Assembly: GCA_016190445.1 (NCBI GenBank)
Contig: JACPQL010000051.1
Span: forward strand, 38,505 to 102,504
Origin: Chloroflexota bacterium
GTDB taxonomy: Bacteria; Chloroflexota; Dehalococcoidia; Lucifugimonadales; JACPQL01
Reading direction: 5' to 3'
Length of the DNA: 64,000 bases
The notes below the pieces were generated by a model. It was not told the origin of the DNA, searched no databases, and was given only the letters and a program-made list of their open reading frames with translations. The translations under genes were made by a program, and so were the position numbers. Of this stretch, positions 27,816 through 36,871 are shown in pieces. Each line of letters begins with the position of its first letter. Positions within the stretch are counted from its first letter, which is position 1.

Positions 27816-28747
27816 CAACTGAACAACGGGCCAGCCGGCCCTCGCTGCGGTCCCGGTGGTACAGGGAGATACGGGCCCCGTTCCTCACAGCCTCCATCGT
27901 GCCTGTGCTCCTGGGCACTACCCTGGCCTGGGCCCGGGGGGGTGGGTGGAGCTGGGGCCTGTTCCTCCTGGCCATGATGGGAGCGGTCCTCCTGCACATC
28001 GGGACCAACGTCCTCAACGACTACTTCGACTACCGGGCAGGCACTGACAACGTCAACTTCGAGTTCCTGCGCCCCTACAGCGGGGGCAGCCGCATGATCC
28101 AGCTCCAGATGATGTCTCCCAGGGAGGTGCTGCTGGAGGCCATCCTGGCCTTCGCAGGTGCCACCATCGTTGGGGTGGCCCTCCTGTTCCTGGTGGGGCT
28201 ACCCATCCTGTACTTCGGCCTGGTGGGTATGCTCTCGGGCATCCTCTACACCGTGTGGCTGGTGAAGATAGGCATCGGCGAGGTGTTCGTGGGGCTCAAC
28301 TTCGGCGTCCTCATGACCGTTGGCGCCTATTACGTCCAGACCCGCACCATCTCCACAGAGGTGGCGGTGGCCTCCATCCCCATCGCGCTCCTCATAGCCC
28401 TGGTGCTGTTTATCAACCAGTTCCAGGACTACCAGGCAGATAAGGCAACAGGCAAGCGCCACCTGGTGGTCCGCATGGGCAGGGCACGCTCCGCCTGGGT
28501 GTACGTGGCGGGACTCGCGGCGACCTACGTGTCGCTGGTGGTGGGTGTGGCCGCCTTCGGCGTCACGCCCTTCGCCCTCCTGGCTCTGGTGACGGTGCCC
28601 ATAGCATGGAAGGCAGTGAGGACCGCCCGGCGCTTCTACGACGACTATCTTCGCCTCGCCCCGGCCAACCAGGCCACCATAATGGTCCACATGTTCGTGG
28701 GCCTGCTCATGACCGTGGGCTACCTCATACAGCGGGCCGTGGGGTAG
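27797..28747 (+). CDS. UbiA-superfamily prenyltransferase, MenA-like (second copy)
   Basis: ATG 27797 overlaps the upstream gene by 19 nt. Motifs NVLNDYFDYRAGTD and FQDYQADKATGKRHL are present. 316 aa, polytopic. Confidence 0.8.
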   Translation: MAEERVATEQRASRPSLRSRWYREIRAPFLTASIVPVLLGTTLAWARGGGWSWGLFLLAMMGAVLLHIGTNVLNDYFDYRAGTDNVNFEFLRPYSGGSRMIQLQMMSPREVLLEAILAFAGATIVGVALLFLVGLPILYFGLVGMLSGILYTVWLVKIGIGEVFVGLNFGVLMTVGAYYVQTRTISTEVAVASIPIALLIALVLFINQFQDYQADKATGKRHLVVRMGRARSAWVYVAGLAATYVSLVVGVAAFGVTPFALLALVTVPIAWKAVRTARRFYDDYLRLAPANQATIMVHMFVGLLMTVGYLIQRAVG

Positions 28748-28764
28748 CCCCGGGGAGGAGCGCG

Positions 28765-29967
28765 ATGACGCCATTCGATAGGTGCGGCCTGTTGGATGGC
28801 ATCGCCGTCCTGGACCTCTCCCAAGGCGTGGCCGGGCCGTACTGCACCCGGCTGATGGCCGGGCTGGGCGCCGACGTGGTGAAGGTGGAGCCGCCGGGGA
28901 CTGGGGATGTGACTCGGCGCCTGGGCCCCTTCTACCAGGACGACCCTCACCCAGAGAAGAGCGTCCCCTTCCTCTACTTGAACACAGGCAAGCGCAGCGT
29001 GACGCTGGACCTGGAGACGGCCAGCGGTAGGCACATCCTGCGGCGCCTGGCGAGCACCACACACCTGATTGTGGAGAGCTTCCCCCCGGGGACCCTGGAC
29101 GGCTGGGGACTGGGGTACGCAGACCTGGAGCGGGAGAACCCGGCGCTGGTGCTGTGCTCGGTGACGCCCTTCGGCCAGACAGGCCCCTACTCGCGGTTCC
29201 AAGCTACCGAGATGGTGGCGCAGGCAGCCAGCGGGCTGATGTATATCACTGGGGACCCGGAGCGGGAGCCGGTGAAGACCGGAGGCCACCTGGCAGGCCA
29301 CGCCGCGGGGCAGACGGCGTTCCTGGGAGCGGTAGTCGCGCTGTACCACGCACTGATGACGGGCCAGGGGCAGCACGTGGACATCTCCGAAGTGGAGGCC
29401 AGCACCGACCTCCTGGACCGGTGGATGATGGGGCCCTTCCAGGGCCAGGTGATGCGCCGACTGGGAAAGCGCCACCAGGTGGGATACCCCCACGAGCTTT
29501 TCCCCTGCCAGGACGGCCATGCCTATATCTGCAACCAGCCATCCTCCTGGTCGGTCATGACGGCGTTGCTGGGCAGGCCCGACCTGGACACTCCCCGCTA
29601 TCAAGAGCCCAAGGGCCGCATGGCCGACCGGGCTGCCCTGGACCCGGTGATCCTGGAGTGGACGCGGCAGCGCACCAAGAAGGAGGTCTTTCAGAAAGGC
29701 CAGGCCCACCGCATGGCCTTCGGCTACGCCGCAACGGTGGAGGACCTGGTGAACTCGGAGCAGTTGCAGGAGCGACAGTTCTTCGTTGAAGTGGACCACC
29801 CCTGCGTGGGAGCCCACCAGTACCCTGGCCCACCCTTCCGCTCCAGCGCCGCTCCGTGGCGACACGGGCGGGCGCCGCTGCTGAGCGAGCACACAGCGGA
29901 GGTGCTCTTGCCCCTGGGCTACTCCCGCCAGGACCTGGTGCTTCTGCGGGCCCAGGGGGTCATATAG
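28765..29967 (+). CDS. Family III CoA-transferase (CaiB/BaiF type), copy 1
   Basis: ATG 28765 has a GGAGGAG RBS upstream. The N-terminus LDGIAVLDLSQGVAGPYCTRLMAGLGADVVKVEPPGTGD is the family-III Rossmann signature. 400 aa. Confidence 0.9.
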   Translation: MTPFDRCGLLDGIAVLDLSQGVAGPYCTRLMAGLGADVVKVEPPGTGDVTRRLGPFYQDDPHPEKSVPFLYLNTGKRSVTLDLETASGRHILRRLASTTHLIVESFPPGTLDGWGLGYADLERENPALVLCSVTPFGQTGPYSRFQATEMVAQAASGLMYITGDPEREPVKTGGHLAGHAAGQTAFLGAVVALYHALMTGQGQHVDISEVEASTDLLDRWMMGPFQGQVMRRLGKRHQVGYPHELFPCQDGHAYICNQPSSWSVMTALLGRPDLDTPRYQEPKGRMADRAALDPVILEWTRQRTKKEVFQKGQAHRMAFGYAATVEDLVNSEQLQERQFFVEVDHPCVGAHQYPGPPFRSSAAPWRHGRAPLLSEHTAEVLLPLGYSRQDLVLLRAQGVI

Positions 29968-29969
29968 CC

Positions 29970-31271
29970 ATGCCCATCGGACATCAACGGGCCAGCCCTC
30001 TTCGCGGCGTGCGCGTGCTGGACCTGTCCCAGGTATGGGCCGGCCCCCGGTGCACCAAGCTCCTCTCCGACCTGGGGGCCGAGGTCATCAAGGTGGAGCA
30101 CGCCCGCCGCCCCGACCCCAACCGCGGCGTGATGGAGAGCCGCCGCGCTGCTGCTCCCACCCTCATGACCGAGCAGGAGCAGCGGGAGAGGTCCCGGGCC
30201 TCGGCGACGGAAGAACTCAACCGCAACGCCCTGGGGCTCTCCCTGGACCTGGCCACCACTGATGGCAAGCGCCTGTTCCTGGAGCTGGTCAGGGTGTGCG
30301 ACGTGGTGGCCAACAACTTCAGCTTTGGGGTGATGGACCGTCTGGGGCTAGGGTACGATGCCCTCAGAGAGGTGAGGTCTGACATCATCGTCATCGCCAT
30401 GCCCGCCTTCGGCGCCTCCGGGCCGTGGCGAGACCTGCTGACCTACGGCGCGGTGCTGGAGGCGATGGCGGGTATCTCCACCCTCACCGGCTACCCCGAC
30501 AGCGAGGTGCCCACCAAGTCGGGGGCCAACGTGGGCGACCCCATGAACGCCAACCACGCCGCAGGCGCCATCCTGGCAGCCCTCCTCTACCGCGCCCGCA
30601 CCGGTCGTGGCACCTTAATAGACTTCTCCCAATACGAGTCCATGGTGTCGGTCATCGGAGATGTCATCACCGACTATACCCTCAACGGGCGCGTCGCCAC
30701 CCGGCAGGCCAACCGCCACCCTACCTGGGCGCCCCACGGAGTGTACCGCTGCTCCGGCGACGACCGCTGGGTGGCCATCGCCGTGACCAGCGACCGGGAG
30801 TGGCGGGCCCTTTGCCAGGCCATGGGCCAACCCGCCCTGGCCGAGGACAGGCGCTTCGCCGACGCCGCCAGCCGCTGGCGCAACCAGGAGCAGCTCACCC
30901 CCATCATCAAAGGCTGGGCCTGCCGGCGCAGCCACTACGAGGCGATGCAATCGCTCCAGCAAGCGGGCGTCCCCGCCACCGCCCTGCTGGACACCCAGGA
31001 GGTTCAGGCAGACCCCCACGGGCAGGCGCGGGAGCGGGTGGTGCGGCTGCGCCACCCCGACGGCGTGGAGCACCCCTACTTGAGCACGCCCATCCACCTC
31101 TCACGGACGCCGCCCCACATCCGCGCACCGGCCCCGCTGCTAGGCGAGCACAACCGGCGCATCCTCCACGAGTTGCTGGGTATTCCGGGCAACGAGGTGG
31201 CCCGCCTGGAGGCGTCGGGGGTGTGCGCCACCCTCACGGCGCCGCCGGAGGGCCGCCCTGGCAGGGGCTAG
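29970..31271 (+). CDS. Family III CoA-transferase, copy 2 (adjacent to copy 1)
   Basis: The start lies 2 nt after the copy-1 stop. The N-terminus reads LRGVRVLDLSQVWAGPRCTKLLSDLGAEVIKVEHARRPD. 433 aa. Confidence 0.9.
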   Translation: MPIGHQRASPLRGVRVLDLSQVWAGPRCTKLLSDLGAEVIKVEHARRPDPNRGVMESRRAAAPTLMTEQEQRERSRASATEELNRNALGLSLDLATTDGKRLFLELVRVCDVVANNFSFGVMDRLGLGYDALREVRSDIIVIAMPAFGASGPWRDLLTYGAVLEAMAGISTLTGYPDSEVPTKSGANVGDPMNANHAAGAILAALLYRARTGRGTLIDFSQYESMVSVIGDVITDYTLNGRVATRQANRHPTWAPHGVYRCSGDDRWVAIAVTSDREWRALCQAMGQPALAEDRRFADAASRWRNQEQLTPIIKGWACRRSHYEAMQSLQQAGVPATALLDTQEVQADPHGQARERVVRLRHPDGVEHPYLSTPIHLSRTPPHIRAPAPLLGEHNRRILHELLGIPGNEVARLEASGVCATLTAPPEGRPGRG

Positions 31272-32641
31272 GCGCTGCGCCGTGAGGGCACACGCGGTCG
31301 CCGCAGCAAAGCGAAGGTGATGGCGCCTGCTCCCATGACCCCCACGAATATCCAGATGGCCATGGTGTAGCTACTGGTGCGGTCGAATATGGCCCCAGCC
31401 ACCACAGGCAGGGCCACCATCCCCCAGCTATACACCAGGCCCAAAATGCCCCGCAACGTGGCGAAGTTGCGTCGCCCAAAGAAATCGCCCACAATGGCCC
31501 AGTTCAGCGGGCTCAGGGCATCCACCACCGACAGGACAGCCACAAAAGCCCATAACTGCCACAGGCTACTGGCACCCTGAAGGAGGAGCAGAGCCAGGAC
31601 CCCCAGGGCCATGCCCCCGGCGATCATCATGGGACGGGACCACTTGTCCCCCAGCCACCCCAGGGCAATGCGCAAGGGAATGCTGAGAAAGGCCATGATG
31701 GCCAGAAGAAAAGCGCCAGTGGGCTCGCTCACACCCCTCCACACCATGATGGGCACAAAGTGCACCACCATGGTGCCCAGAACGCCGGTGCGCAGCATGG
31801 TGCCCACGGCCAGGACCCAGTAGGCGGGAGTGCGCAGCGCCTCCCTCACCGTAAACTCCTCGGAAACATCCGAGGCCACAGCGCCACTCCTTGACGAAGA
31901 GGCGGCATCCGTGAGGTCGCCATCCGGCCGCAGCCCAATGGACTCTGGAGAGCGATGCACCAGGCGTGCCACCGGGACCACTACGACCATTAGGACAATG
32001 CCAGCCAGGGCTGCCGTGGTGCGCCACCCCAGGTAAAGGATGCCGACCGCCAGCAACGGCGTTACCAGGGCCCCGCCCAAGCCGAAGGCGGAGATGGATA
32101 TGCCCATGGCCAGCCCCCTGCGCCGGACGAACCAGTTGTTCACCGCGGCCATGGTGGCGGCGCTAAAGCCACCGTTGAAGGCGATAGAGATGAGACCCAG
32201 GTAGACCAACAGGAACGCCACGAAGCCATTGACCCGGGAGAGGAGCACATAACCCACACCCATCACGACCACACCTACCATAACCATCGCCCGCGGGCCG
32301 AAACGGTCAATGAGGTAGCCTGCTGCCGGTCCCTCCACCGCTCCCTCCGCTCGGGAAAGGGAGAAGACCAGAGATGTGGCAGCGCGGCTCAGCCCCAGGT
32401 CGCGGCTAAGGGGTAGAAAGAAGACAGTGAAACCATAGAAGTAGACGCCCCCACCCAGAGCGTTGATCACACACGTGGCCGCCACCACCCACCACCCATA
32501 GAACACCCTGGCGGGCCAGCGCGGGGAAAGGATGCTCTTCACAATAAAAGTTGCTTTCTGGCCAAGAGTAACTGGGCCGCCCCAAATAGGGCGGCGCGCA
32601 ACCTCGCTAATATACCACGCCCCCACGCCGACCGCACCCAA
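31268..32641 (-). CDS. MFS transporter (oxalate/formate-antiporter-like subgroup)
   Basis: About 12 hydrophobic helices. The N-terminal motif FYGWWVVAATCVINALGGG is typical of this subgroup. The exact start is uncertain. Convergent with the CoA-transferase gene, with a 4-nt overlap. Confidence 0.8.
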   Translation of the reverse strand: MGAVGVGAWYISEVARRPIWGGPVTLGQKATFIVKSILSPRWPARVFYGWWVVAATCVINALGGGVYFYGFTVFFLPLSRDLGLSRAATSLVFSLSRAEGAVEGPAAGYLIDRFGPRAMVMVGVVVMGVGYVLLSRVNGFVAFLLVYLGLISIAFNGGFSAATMAAVNNWFVRRRGLAMGISISAFGLGGALVTPLLAVGILYLGWRTTAALAGIVLMVVVVPVARLVHRSPESIGLRPDGDLTDAASSSRSGAVASDVSEEFTVREALRTPAYWVLAVGTMLRTGVLGTMVVHFVPIMVWRGVSEPTGAFLLAIMAFLSIPLRIALGWLGDKWSRPMMIAGGMALGVLALLLLQGASSLWQLWAFVAVLSVVDALSPLNWAIVGDFFGRRNFATLRGILGLVYSWGMVALPVVAGAIFDRTSSYTMAIWIFVGVMGAGAITFALLRRPRVPSRRSA

Positions 32642-32727
32642 GCACCAATCTTGACCTGGCCACTGCCTCAGCCTATAGTCGCTCTATGGGGAGGTAGCAG
32701 AGCCCCTTGACGGTCAGGTGTGAAGCC

Positions 32728-33159
32728 ATGTCTCTGGAAGACCATCTGGACCCGGGCGAGCAGATCATCTCCAGATGCCATCCTTTCTACGCCACCTCCA
32801 AACGGGTGCTCCGGTACGGGAAGAAGGGGCAGATGGAGCAGGTAGAACACCTGCCTTATGCCCGTCTCTCCTCGGTGGAGCTCGTGGAGAGGCCCAGCCA
32901 CAAGGTGATGGTGACCGGGACGCTGATAGCCATCCTGGGGGTTGTACTGGCCACCATGGGGCTGGTCACGTCCATTCTGGCACTGGTGGCGGGCGTCGCT
33001 CTGGTGGCGTATGGAGGGATAGGCAGGCCAGGCTACTACCAGTTCCGCGCTCACAACATGAGTAAGGCAGAGGAGGGGCGATGGCGCATGGACCACCGAG
33101 TGGCGCCAGCGTTCATCGCCACCATAAGGACCATCATTGGGGAGCGCCGCGGCCTCTAG
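32728..33159 (+). CDS. Small membrane protein with bacterial PH-like N-terminal domain (hypothetical)
   Basis: MSLEDHLDPGEQIISRCHPFYATSKRVLRY... is followed by two hydrophobic helices (VMVTGTLIAILGVVLATMGLVTSILALVAGVALVAY). The start could also be TTG 32707. Confidence 0.45.
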   Translation: MSLEDHLDPGEQIISRCHPFYATSKRVLRYGKKGQMEQVEHLPYARLSSVELVERPSHKVMVTGTLIAILGVVLATMGLVTSILALVAGVALVAYGGIGRPGYYQFRAHNMSKAEEGRWRMDHRVAPAFIATIRTIIGERRGL

Positions 33160-33190
33160 AGGACAATGAACGGCACCCAACCATTGGTGA

Positions 33191-33219
33191 TTGCAGTCCA
33201 GTCGTTGGTTTGTTATACT
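33191..33219 (+). promoter_or_regulatory. Sigma70-like promoter upstream of the PAS-LuxR gene
   Basis: TTGCAG (33191..33196), 17 nt, TATACT (33214..33219), 36 nt before the ATG at 33255. Confidence 0.5.
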
Positions 33220-33254
33220 CACACCGGACACTTGACCGGGAGCGTAAGAACGAT

Positions 33255-33935
33255 ATGCCAAGGGAGCCAAAGAGCAACTTGCCGGAGGCCGCGTGGCTGG
33301 ATATGGTAACCCACGATGGCCTCTTCTCCGTGGACTCACACCAGCGGATTGAACACTGGAGCGAGAGCGCCCAACGTATCTTGGGCCATAGACCAGAGGA
33401 CGTGGAAGGCAAGCTGTGCTATGAGGTGGTCGGTGGAAGGGACTCCCAAAACCACCGCTTCTGTCGCCGCAACTGCCCGGTCATGGTCAACGCCCGTCGG
33501 CGCCGTCCGACGCCGGACTTCGACCTCCTCTGCGCTACCCCTGGCGAAGAAGCGCGGTGGATCAACGTTAGCGTGGCCGTTCCCAAGAAGGACAGTGGCG
33601 CCGTGGGGGCGGTACACATGTTCCGGGACGTGAGCCACCGCCGTCGCACAGAGGAGTTCGCCCGCAAAGCGACCAGTTCCCTCCGCGCGCTCCTGGGCGA
33701 TGACGCCTCCACCCAAGAGCCCGAGCCTAGCCCCACACCTGTACCCAAGCTCTCGCCCAGAGAGGTCCAGGTATTGAGGCTGCTCGCCACGGGCGTGACC
33801 ACCCCGCAAATAGCTGAGACTCTTCGGGTCAGTCCTGTTACGGCGCGCAATCACGTTACCAGGCTGCTGAGCAAGCTGGGTGCAAAGAGCCGCCTCCAGG
33901 CAGTGGTCTACGCCTCCCAGCGGGGCATCATCTAG
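33255..33935 (+). CDS. PAS-domain / LuxR-type HTH transcriptional regulator
   Basis: The PAS-like N-terminus (DGLFSVDSHQRIEHWSESAQRILGHRPEDVEGKLCYEVV) is followed by a C-terminal LuxR HTH (LSPREVQVLRLLATGVTTPQIAETLRVSPVTARNHVTRLLSKLG). It has a Cys cluster, C-x15-C-x3-C. Confidence 0.85.
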   Translation: MPREPKSNLPEAAWLDMVTHDGLFSVDSHQRIEHWSESAQRILGHRPEDVEGKLCYEVVGGRDSQNHRFCRRNCPVMVNARRRRPTPDFDLLCATPGEEARWINVSVAVPKKDSGAVGAVHMFRDVSHRRRTEEFARKATSSLRALLGDDASTQEPEPSPTPVPKLSPREVQVLRLLATGVTTPQIAETLRVSPVTARNHVTRLLSKLGAKSRLQAVVYASQRGII

Positions 33936-34080
33936 CCGCTCCCTCCTCCCCTTTTCCGCTTCTCTCGCCGTTGCCTGCCCAGGAAATTGGTGCGTTTGCA
34001 CCTTTTCTTGGCTGTTCCCCTCGGCCAAGATATCCTGTGGGCCAGTTCATCATGTCCTACCTCCCGACTGGAGGCCGGTC

Positions 34081-34824
34081 CTGAAGAGAGACGTCCTCAT
34101 CGTCGCCCTTCTCTGGGCGGTCCTGACCGCTGCGGGCGAGGTCCTGGTGACAAAGTGGGACCTTTTTCCTCTGGCCGCCGCCGAGGAGGCCAGAGTGGTG
34201 GACGACGCCTTCCGCGTCCTCATGATAATGTCCGTCCCCGTCTTCACTTTTGTGCTGGCGGCCTTGCTCTACGCCATTCCCCGTTTTCGCAAGGGAGGAG
34301 AACCCGCCGGCGACGGCCCGGCCATCCACACCCACGGACCCACGGTGGCCACGTGGTTCCTGGCCACCACCGCCCTGACACTGCTGGTCATTGTCTTTCC
34401 CGGCACCACCGGCCTGCTGGAGCTGAGACATCACGCCGCCAGAGAGCCGGACCTGGTGGTCAAGGTGGAGGGGACTCGCTTCTTCTGGAAAATGACATAC
34501 CCGCAGCAAGGCGTTTTGTCCGTGACGGAGTTGGTACTTCCCGTGGGGAAGAGGGTACGCTTCGAGGTCACCGCCACCGACGTGGTACACTCCTTTTGGA
34601 TACCAGCCTTCCGCACCAAGATAGACGCCGTCCCCGGGCTGGTCACCACCACCCACGTAACCCCCGACAAAACGGGCTCTTTCCAGGAGGACTCCTTCTT
34701 TCGGCTACAGTGCGCCGAGCTGTGCGGCGTGGCCCACTCCCTGATGCAGACCCCCGTCCGTGTGGTAGAGCAGAGCGAGTTTGAGTCCTGGGTCGCCAAG
34801 CAAGTCCCGGCGCCCAGCTCATAG
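34081..34824 (+). CDS. coxB: Cytochrome c oxidase subunit II (CuA type, no fused cytochrome c)
   Basis: CuA ligand pattern: HSFWIPAFRTKIDAVPG...CAELCGVAHSLM. There are two N-terminal TM helices. The start is uncertain. The frame has no ATG/GTG/TTG between the LuxR stop and TM1. I placed it at CTG 34081 because GGAGG (34070..34074) sits 6 nt upstream. ATG 33880 would overlap the LuxR gene by 56 nt. Confidence 0.75.
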   Translation: MKRDVLIVALLWAVLTAAGEVLVTKWDLFPLAAAEEARVVDDAFRVLMIMSVPVFTFVLAALLYAIPRFRKGGEPAGDGPAIHTHGPTVATWFLATTALTLLVIVFPGTTGLLELRHHAAREPDLVVKVEGTRFFWKMTYPQQGVLSVTELVLPVGKRVRFEVTATDVVHSFWIPAFRTKIDAVPGLVTTTHVTPDKTGSFQEDSFFRLQCAELCGVAHSLMQTPVRVVEQSEFESWVAKQVPAPSS

Positions 34825-34833
34825 GAGGATGGG

Positions 34834-36678
34834 ATGGCCCTTCTGCCACTGGTGAGAGGGCTAAGCTTGGGTGCGGTCGGATTCCTGCTGGGAGGCGGGC
34901 TGGCCGCTGGCATCAGGGGTCTCATGGGCCTGGACCCATGGTCAGCAGAGCCGGTCATTGTCGTGGGATATGTCTTCGGCCTCATCGGATGGCTCCTGGG
35001 GGTGGGCCTTTGGGGTACCTGGGCCAGGGAGTGGCTCGGTCTTGCCCCCAAGAAGGACCACGTCCACGACTGGCGACGCTACTTCCGCTTCTGCACTGAC
35101 CACAAGGTCATCGGCGTGCAATACCTGGTCACCTTCATGGTGATCATGCTGCTGGGCGGCCTGCTGGCGGTCCTCATGAGGGTAGAGCTGATGCAGCCGG
35201 GGAAGACCCTTATGGGACCCGGCCAGTTCAACAACGCCATGAGCCTCCACGGCATCCTGATGGTCGCCGTGGCTGTGGCCACCATCATGGGTGGGTTCGC
35301 CAACTTCCTGGTGCCGCTTCTCATCGGCGCCGAGGATGTGGCCTTTCCCCGCCTCAACGCCCTCAGCTATTGGATCATCCCACCGGTGGCGGTGCTTCTG
35401 CTGGCCACACCCCTGATGGGAGGATTTGACGCGGGCTGGACCGCCTACCCGCCCTTGAGTGTGATCAACGCCCCCGGCCAGACGCTCTACCTCCTGGCCT
35501 TCCTCACCTTTGGGATCTCCTCCATCGTAGGCGGAATGAACTTCCTGGCCACAATAATCACCCTGCGCGCACCGGGGATGAGCTGGTCCCGGCTGCCCAT
35601 CTTCGTCTGGTCCATTTTCGCCGCGGCCCTCATCAGCCTGACAGCCACCCAGTTCGTGGCCTACGGGCTACTGATGATAATCCTGGAGAGGGTCGCTGGT
35701 ACGTCCTTCTTCAACTCCGCCCAGGGGGGAGCCCCACTTCTGTACCAGCACATCTTCTGGTTCTACTCCCACCCTGCGGTGTACATCATGATCCTGCCCG
35801 CCTTCGGTGTGGTCCTGGAGGTGCTGGCCCACTTCTCCCGCAAGCCCCTCTTCGCCTACAAGTGGGTGGTAGGCGCGTTCCTGAGCATTGTGGTGCTCAG
35901 CTTCTTTGTCTGGGCCCACCACCTGTTCACCAGCGGCATGGCCGACTACCTCCACCTCCCATTCATGGTCACCACCGAACTAATCTCCATACCTACCGGC
36001 GTAGTGTTCCTGGCGGGCCTGGGCACCATCTGGCTGGGGCGCCTGTGGCTGACCACCCCCATGCTCTTCGCCCTGGGGTTCCTCTTCAACTTCCTCATCG
36101 GCGGCATCACCGGCATCTTCCTGGCCGATGTCCCCACTGACATCCAGTTGCAGGACACCTATTTCGTCGTCGCCCATTTCCACTACACCATCATGGGGGG
36201 CGAGGTCTTTGCCATCATGGCCGGGGGCTACTACTGGTTTCCCAAGATCACCGGTCGCATGTACAACGACCGGCTGGGCAAGCTCCATTTCTGGTGGATG
36301 CTGGTGACGTACAATCTCACCTTTCTCCCCATGTTCTGGGCCGGAGTGCAAGGGATGAACCGTCGGGTCGCGGACTTCCCTCCTGAGCTGGCCGGGGTCA
36401 ACCTCTTCGCCAGCATCGCCTCCTTTTTCCTGGCGGCCAGCTTCGTGGTGCTGGTGTACAACCTGGTGGTCTCCTGGAAGCGGGGGCCCGTAGCCGCAGC
36501 CAACCCCTGGAGGGCCCGGACCCTGGAGTGGCAGACCACCTCCCCACCCCCGCTAGAGAACTTCCCCGCCGAGCCCCAGGTAATGGGCTCCCCCTACGAT
36601 TACGGCGTCCCAGGGTCGGTCCACAGCCGGCCAGGCATCGCCGGAGGGGCCCAAGAGGTGAAACATGCGCAGGGCTAG
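34834..36678 (+). CDS. coxA: Cytochrome c oxidase subunit I (heme-copper oxidase)
   Basis: TDHKVIGVQYL, WFYSHPAVYIMILPAFGVV, WAHHLFTSGM and HFHYTIMGG are the canonical His-ligand blocks. 614 aa, with about 70 extra N-terminal residues containing two hydrophobic segments. Confidence 0.9.
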   Translation: MALLPLVRGLSLGAVGFLLGGGLAAGIRGLMGLDPWSAEPVIVVGYVFGLIGWLLGVGLWGTWAREWLGLAPKKDHVHDWRRYFRFCTDHKVIGVQYLVTFMVIMLLGGLLAVLMRVELMQPGKTLMGPGQFNNAMSLHGILMVAVAVATIMGGFANFLVPLLIGAEDVAFPRLNALSYWIIPPVAVLLLATPLMGGFDAGWTAYPPLSVINAPGQTLYLLAFLTFGISSIVGGMNFLATIITLRAPGMSWSRLPIFVWSIFAAALISLTATQFVAYGLLMIILERVAGTSFFNSAQGGAPLLYQHIFWFYSHPAVYIMILPAFGVVLEVLAHFSRKPLFAYKWVVGAFLSIVVLSFFVWAHHLFTSGMADYLHLPFMVTTELISIPTGVVFLAGLGTIWLGRLWLTTPMLFALGFLFNFLIGGITGIFLADVPTDIQLQDTYFVVAHFHYTIMGGEVFAIMAGGYYWFPKITGRMYNDRLGKLHFWWMLVTYNLTFLPMFWAGVQGMNRRVADFPPELAGVNLFASIASFFLAASFVVLVYNLVVSWKRGPVAAANPWRARTLEWQTTSPPPLENFPAEPQVMGSPYDYGVPGSVHSRPGIAGGAQEVKHAQG

Positions 36679-36871
36679 CCCGCGAGTTGCCCTGCGCCGG
36701 GGACTGTGGGTCTTCATCGCCCTGGTGGTGCTGGCGGTGGTGGAGTACCTGTTGACCCTGGTCATGAAAAGCGGGAACCTGCCCTGGATGGTGATCATGA
36801 ACATCATAGACGCAGGCCTCATCGCCTACTTCTTCATGCACATTGCCCAGCTCTGGCGACGGGAGGAGTAG
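36665..36871 (+). CDS. Small two-helix membrane protein, probable oxidase subunit IV-like
   Basis: 68 aa with two TM helices (LWVFIALVVLAVVEYLLTLV and MVIMNIIDAGLIAYFFMHI). It overlaps the coxA stop by 14 nt and abuts the subunit III start. The assignment rests on position and size only. Confidence 0.5.
   Translation: MRRASPRVALRRGLWVFIALVVLAVVEYLLTLVMKSGNLPWMVIMNIIDAGLIAYFFMHIAQLWRREE

Noticed and set aside
28720-29892. Antisense ORFs over the CoA-transferase, ACAD, ubiE and aldolase genes (28720-29892, 60054-60848, 62050-63261, 25241-26173, 37460-38734)
   Set aside because: These are shadow ORFs in a high-GC genome. Each is fully nested opposite a gene with clear family motifs.
36665-36871. 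Treating the 68-aa ORF between coxA and coxC as spurious
   Set aside because: I kept it as a feature. It has two clean TM helices, an ATG overlapping the coxA stop, and an exact abutment to the coxC ATG, which fits a small oxidase subunit. The subunit IV label remains positional inference.
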